A stretch of 27,725 nucleotides of DNA from positions 1-27,725 of the forward strand of contig JAKFCT010000085.1 of assembly GCA_036676495.1 (NCBI GenBank), given 5' to 3'. Source of the DNA: Candidatus Sericytochromatia bacterium. Lineage in GTDB: Bacteria > Cyanobacteriota > Sericytochromatia > S15B-MN24 > UBA4093. Of the stretch, positions 24,561-27,725 are shown one piece after another. The notes beneath the pieces were generated by a model. It worked only from the letters and a program-made list of their open reading frames with translations. It was not told the origin of the DNA and did not search any database. How positions within the stretch are numbered: the stretch's first letter is position 1; each line of letters starts with the position of its first letter. A program made the position numbers and the translations under genes.

Positions 24561-24570
24561 GAGGTGATCT

Positions 24571-25101
24571 CTGCCCTCTCAACTCGAGATCGCCTTTTCC
24601 CCCGGAGCCCTCCCTGTTGCGCGATCGTTCCGGGGCTATCCGTGGTGGGAAAGCCGGGAACGCGCCAAACCCATCCGGTGCCGCGAGTGCGGCCGGCCCA
24701 CCAACACCTACCATCGGAAGATCTCGACTTCCATGGGCTGGAAGCTCGTCCGGCTCCACCGCCTCGGCCTTGAGGACGAGAACCAGTTTTTCCACGTCTC
24801 CGAGTTCGACGTCCTCGGCGGCCGCGGAGAGTCCGGCACGCTCTCCGTCTGGGGCCTCGTCGAGGAGCGGGCGACGGTCGACCCCAGGAAGAAGACCTCC
24901 GGCTTCTGGAGGCTGGCCCCGGACGGGCTTGCCTTCGTCCGCCTCGAGGCCATGATCCCGAGATACGCGATCGTCCGCTATCGGAGCGAAGTGGTCGGTT
25001 TCGCAGGTCCCGCCGTCGGCTTGGCCGAGGTCCTCGGAAAGGATGGCCGGTTCGACTACCGGGAGCTCCTCCAGTCTCCCCTCCCCTCTCTCCTCCGTTG
25101 A
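24571..25101 (+). CDS. Conserved phage-type Zn-ribbon/winged-helix protein; probable CTG start
   Basis: The frame extends upstream of ATG 24733 through IRCRECGRPTNTYHRKISTSM. The only start-like codon near the AGGAGGT RBS is CTG at 24571. WGLVEE..SGFWRL..G..FV..FDYRELL resembles a phage family I recall. Confidence 0.65.
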   Translation: MPSQLEIAFSPGALPVARSFRGYPWWESRERAKPIRCRECGRPTNTYHRKISTSMGWKLVRLHRLGLEDENQFFHVSEFDVLGGRGESGTLSVWGLVEERATVDPRKKTSGFWRLAPDGLAFVRLEAMIPRYAIVRYRSEVVGFAGPAVGLAEVLGKDGRFDYRELLQSPLPSLLR

Positions 25102-25127
25102 CATCCCCAAGCGGCCCATGATAAGAT
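25098..25127 (+). promoter_or_regulatory. Sigma70-type promoter with extended -10
   Basis: TTGACA-18 nt-TAAGAT with TGn immediately upstream of the -10. Confidence 0.6.
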
Positions 25128-25137
25128 TCCTCCGGAG

Positions 25138-25287
25138 ATGGACGGTCGGGACGCCCCGGAGGGCGGCCCGGCTCCGGGAGGACCGGTGGCCTTCGTCTGG
25201 TTCGTCATGGCTTATTGCGTGGCGAGCTTCATCCTTGCGGCGGTCATGCTCTCCCGCCTCCCGAAAGACAAGGGAGCCGGCAGATGA
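25138..25287 (+). CDS. Small single-TM protein (49 aa)
   Basis: Manual translation MDGRDAPEGGPAPGGPVAFVWFVMAYCVASFILAAVMLSRLPKDKGAGR. Its stop overlaps the next ATG (ATGA). Confidence 0.6.
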   Translation: MDGRDAPEGGPAPGGPVAFVWFVMAYCVASFILAAVMLSRLPKDKGAGR

Positions 25288-25703
25288 CGGCCATTTCCTG
25301 GCCCGTTCTCGCGCGAAGCCCGAAACAATCGCTCGGGGCCGTGGCGCCTCGCAGGCTCGGACTTTCCGGATCTATCTCGACCTCCCAGCGCATGGCCGTC
25401 TCCGTCCTTTCGGCGCTCTCCATCGCGGGCGTCCATAGCGCGCTTAACCCGTCGCTCTTCACTCTCATGAGCTTCGCCACGCGTCCCGAGGCGAAGAAAC
25501 TCGCGATGAAGGGCCTCTGGATCGGATTCGGCGCCTCGACTCTCGCCAGCGGCATGATCTGGGTCGTCTTTTCGGACTGGCTCCCCGCCCTCATCTCCGA
25601 GGCGACGGCCCTCGGGCTCTTCGCCGCCGGCGTCTGGGCCTTGAACCAGGCCGCCCCGGTCACGATCCCCAGGATCGAAGAACAGGAACTCCCCGGACCG
25701 TAG
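25284..25703 (+). CDS. Multi-TM membrane protein with LG leader
   Basis: MTAISWPVLARSPKQSLGAVAPRRLGLSG..., three hydrophobic segments. Confidence 0.75.
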   Translation: MTAISWPVLARSPKQSLGAVAPRRLGLSGSISTSQRMAVSVLSALSIAGVHSALNPSLFTLMSFATRPEAKKLAMKGLWIGFGASTLASGMIWVVFSDWLPALISEATALGLFAAGVWALNQAAPVTIPRIEEQELPGP

Positions 25704-25715
25704 GGAAGGAAGACG

Positions 25716-26207
25716 ATGAGGATCTCGATGCCTCTCGGGGCGGCCAGGATCGCGCTTGGCCAGGGCCAGAACCTGCTCGTTCCGCGAGGCATCCGTCAGG
25801 GCCAAAGAGCCCAGCCGGCCGGCCCGCCCGAAGGCATCCGCGAGGGCGATAGACGAATCCCCCCCGGCAAAGCCGCGCTCACCGTGCCGGAGGCGAAGGA
25901 TCTCCTCGCCTCGCTCGATCTCGTCGTCCGTCCCATCGAGAAAGAGGAGCGCGCCCTCGCCGAGCACGAATGCCTCCGGGAGCTCCAGGCCGGCCCCTTC
26001 CCCCAGGTCGTCCGCCTCAAGGCCAAGGTCGCCGCGTTCCTCGAAACGGCCGCCCCCGGCGACCTCTTCCCCGTCTCCGCCGGAGAGCTCGAGGTCCTCG
26101 AGAAAGCCGTCGCGTGCGCGGAGTCCCTGGGCCGGGGCCGGGCCGTGAAAGTCGCCGTCGCCGCCGGAGGCGGCGCGGCCGTCCTCGCCCTTCTACTTCT
26201 GGCTTGA
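25716..26207 (+). CDS. Tail-anchored protein with LGQ leader and two-Cys helical domain
   Basis: MRISMPLGAARIALGQGQ...EAKDLLASLD...HEC...LEKAVACAE...AAVLALLLLA. Confidence 0.8.
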   Translation: MRISMPLGAARIALGQGQNLLVPRGIRQGQRAQPAGPPEGIREGDRRIPPGKAALTVPEAKDLLASLDLVVRPIEKEERALAEHECLRELQAGPFPQVVRLKAKVAAFLETAAPGDLFPVSAGELEVLEKAVACAESLGRGRAVKVAVAAGGGAAVLALLLLA

Positions 26208-26218
26208 TCGGAGGCTCG

Positions 26219-26461
26219 ATGCCGGTTTTCTATCTCATGGGCGCCGCGGCCGCGGGATGGCTCGCCGGCATGCTCGCCCGACGCGATCAAGCGCTCGGGA
26301 TGAGACACCAAACGCCGTTCGACCGAAGCCCGTTCGAGTTTTCCAAAGGTCGCCAGAGGGAGCCCGTCGTCCTCCGCGCCCCCGCCCAGCCTCGCGAGTT
26401 CCGTTCCATGGCATGGCGCGAAGGCCGGATCGCCTCCGCCTGGCAGCCCTTCGACTGGTAG
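26219..26461 (+). CDS. Small protein with N-terminal TM
   Basis: GGAGG RBS, MPVFYLMGAAAAGWLAGMLARRDQALGMR... Confidence 0.65.
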   Translation: MPVFYLMGAAAAGWLAGMLARRDQALGMRHQTPFDRSPFEFSKGRQREPVVLRAPAQPREFRSMAWREGRIASAWQPFDW

Positions 26462-26469
26462 GAGATCCT

Positions 26470-26724
26470 ATGGCCCGCTGGTCGACGCAGTCGGTCCTGG
26501 TCCGGCGTTCTCGGACCGGTCCGGGCAGTTCCGCCGCCAAGGCCAGGGCCTACGTCAGGAAACACGGCTACCGGGCCGGCAAGGTCGACAAGACCAGGAC
26601 CTACTACCGGTTCCGCCAGGCCCCGCCGGCCAGGTTCAAGAAGCGCTCGATGCGCACCCTCTGCGTCTCCCATCGGCTCTGTTTCATCCGCGGCCGTCTC
26701 GCCAAAAAAGGTTCCTCTTCATAA
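26470..26724 (+). CDS. Small basic viral protein of the 'QS..HGY..KVD.T..YYRFRQ..P' type
   Basis: AGGAG RBS, MARWSTQSVLV...YVRKHGYRAGKVDKTRTYYRFRQAPPARF. I recall this motif from small proteins of diverse dsDNA viruses; function unknown. Confidence 0.7.
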   Translation: MARWSTQSVLVRRSRTGPGSSAAKARAYVRKHGYRAGKVDKTRTYYRFRQAPPARFKKRSMRTLCVSHRLCFIRGRLAKKGSSS

Positions 26725-26735
26725 GGGGGTCTCCC

Positions 26736-27254
26736 ATGCCGATCTTCGGCCAGCCCTTCCCCGGCGGCGGGTTCCAGATCCACTCGCCGGGCTTCTCGTT
26801 CCCAGAGCCCGAGCCGGCGGCGCCGCCGCCCATCGACTGGGGGGGTGCGCCAGGAGAACCCCCGCCGCCGTTGCCCCCGCCCGCCCCGGCCCAAGGAGAA
26901 CCGGTCCAGGTCCCCCTCGGCCCCCGATTCGCCGCGGCCGCGGCAGGCGCGGTCGCCCCGGCCGCGGGCGCGCCTGCGGCCATGGCCGTTCCTCCGCCGG
27001 CGGGAGGATCGGTCGTCTGGATCTCCGAGGCGTGGCTTGCCCCGCGGCCCGTCGCCTACGGCTGCCCGGATTTCGCGGGCTTTTATTGCCCGCCGAGGAG
27101 GGCCGGCGCCGCGTACGAAGAGATCCCGCCGGAGGCGCTCGAGGACCAGGCGGCCAGGATCGAGACGCCGGTCGCGGCCAAGATCGCGACGGTGGGGGGC
27201 CTCGGCGGGCTCCTCGTGGTGGGACTCGCGGCGGCGGGGGCGTTCGGGAGGTAG
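26736..27254 (+). CDS. Pro/Ala-rich tail-anchored protein
   Basis: MPIFGQPF..., poly-Pro, YGCPDFAGFYCPP and C-terminal IATVGGLGGLLVVGLAAAGAF. Confidence 0.75.
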   Translation: MPIFGQPFPGGGFQIHSPGFSFPEPEPAAPPPIDWGGAPGEPPPPLPPPAPAQGEPVQVPLGPRFAAAAAGAVAPAAGAPAAMAVPPPAGGSVVWISEAWLAPRPVAYGCPDFAGFYCPPRRAGAAYEEIPPEALEDQAARIETPVAAKIATVGGLGGLLVVGLAAAGAFGR

Positions 27255-27303
27255 GGGGGCAGGGGGGGCCGCCCGCGCGCTATATAGGAAAGGCGACATC
27301 GAC

Positions 27304-27687
27304 ATGCCCCGCCTGACATCGAGAGTCTTTCCGCGCCTGCGGATGCGGTCCTTCGCCCCCGGGGCCGAGGATCCCTGCTGGGCCCGATTCAAACCAGAGA
27401 TCGACAAGATCCGCCAGCAGGTGAACTATTACATAGAGATCCGCCAGGCCCTCCTCCGAGAGAGCCAGCTCGCCCGCATGCACTACTACCAGCTCCCCAC
27501 CGAGGAACGGAAAGAGGCCTTGGACGAGGTCTTCCGCGCCCTCCGCGAGGTCGACATGGACGTCCACGCCGTCACATCCGACTACGGCGGCGTCCTCGAA
27601 AGATACGAGGCCTGCCGGCGGACGAGCGCGACCATGCTCAGGATCCTGCCCTTCGGAGGTTCGATCCGGATCCCGTTCGGCACGTAG
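27304..27687 (+). CDS. Helical hairpin protein with two Cys
   Basis: MPRLTSRVFPRLRMRSFAPGAEDPCWARF...ERYEACRR, AGGAAAGG upstream. Confidence 0.65.
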   Translation: MPRLTSRVFPRLRMRSFAPGAEDPCWARFKPEIDKIRQQVNYYIEIRQALLRESQLARMHYYQLPTEERKEALDEVFRALREVDMDVHAVTSDYGGVLERYEACRRTSATMLRILPFGGSIRIPFGT

Positions 27688-27701
27688 GACAAGGAGGAAC
27701 C

Positions 27702-27725
27702 ATGGAGCCGATCCGGCAACCGAGA
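27702..27725 (+). CDS. Start of next gene (partial)
   Basis: AAGGAGG RBS followed by ATG GAG CCG ATC..., runs off the window. Confidence 0.55.

Noticed and set aside
24565-24567. In-frame TGA upstream of the 24571 gene
   Set aside because: Part of the AGGAGGTGA RBS, and the upstream frame overlaps another gene.
1-27725. Genome-wide TGA reassignment (genetic code 4 or 25)
   Set aside because: Many genes, including fcl and the protease, end at TGA at the expected position or with ATGA/GTGA coupling, and TGG/GGN codons are used normally. Any recoding must be site-specific.

Overview
High-GC, gene-dense window that reads as part of the genome of a tailless, probably internal-membrane-containing bacterial virus or provirus (Varidnaviria-like, by inference). 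No terminase, portal, tail, integrase or packaging ATPase was recognised in the window. A long minus-strand arm (about 22060 down to 1) holds an HNH gene, an HTH/coiled-coil gene, an intein-split transglutaminase-like Cys protease (GD|CDE..H..D), two beta-rich capsid candidates, many tail-anchored membrane proteins, holin/lipoprotein-like genes and an accessory operon with GDP-fucose synthase, a glycosyltransferase-like gene and a secreted protein. A plus-strand arm (from 22395) starts with a replication initiator containing 10-bp-phased iterons and continues with more membrane proteins. Two signals stand out. (1) Four in-frame TGA codons lie in three neighbouring structural genes (4811, 6634, 7736, 7802). 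Reading through them restores RBS-linked or ATGA-coupled gene boundaries, two sit in a Cys-like LG*G context, and some are followed by SECIS-like hairpins. This suggests viral selenoproteins or UGA recoding. (2) An N-terminal 'LG-Q/A' leader motif is shared by at least 10 otherwise unrelated proteins and is a candidate substrate signal for the co-encoded transglutaminase-like enzyme. All product calls come from motif recognition by eye; no database search was run.
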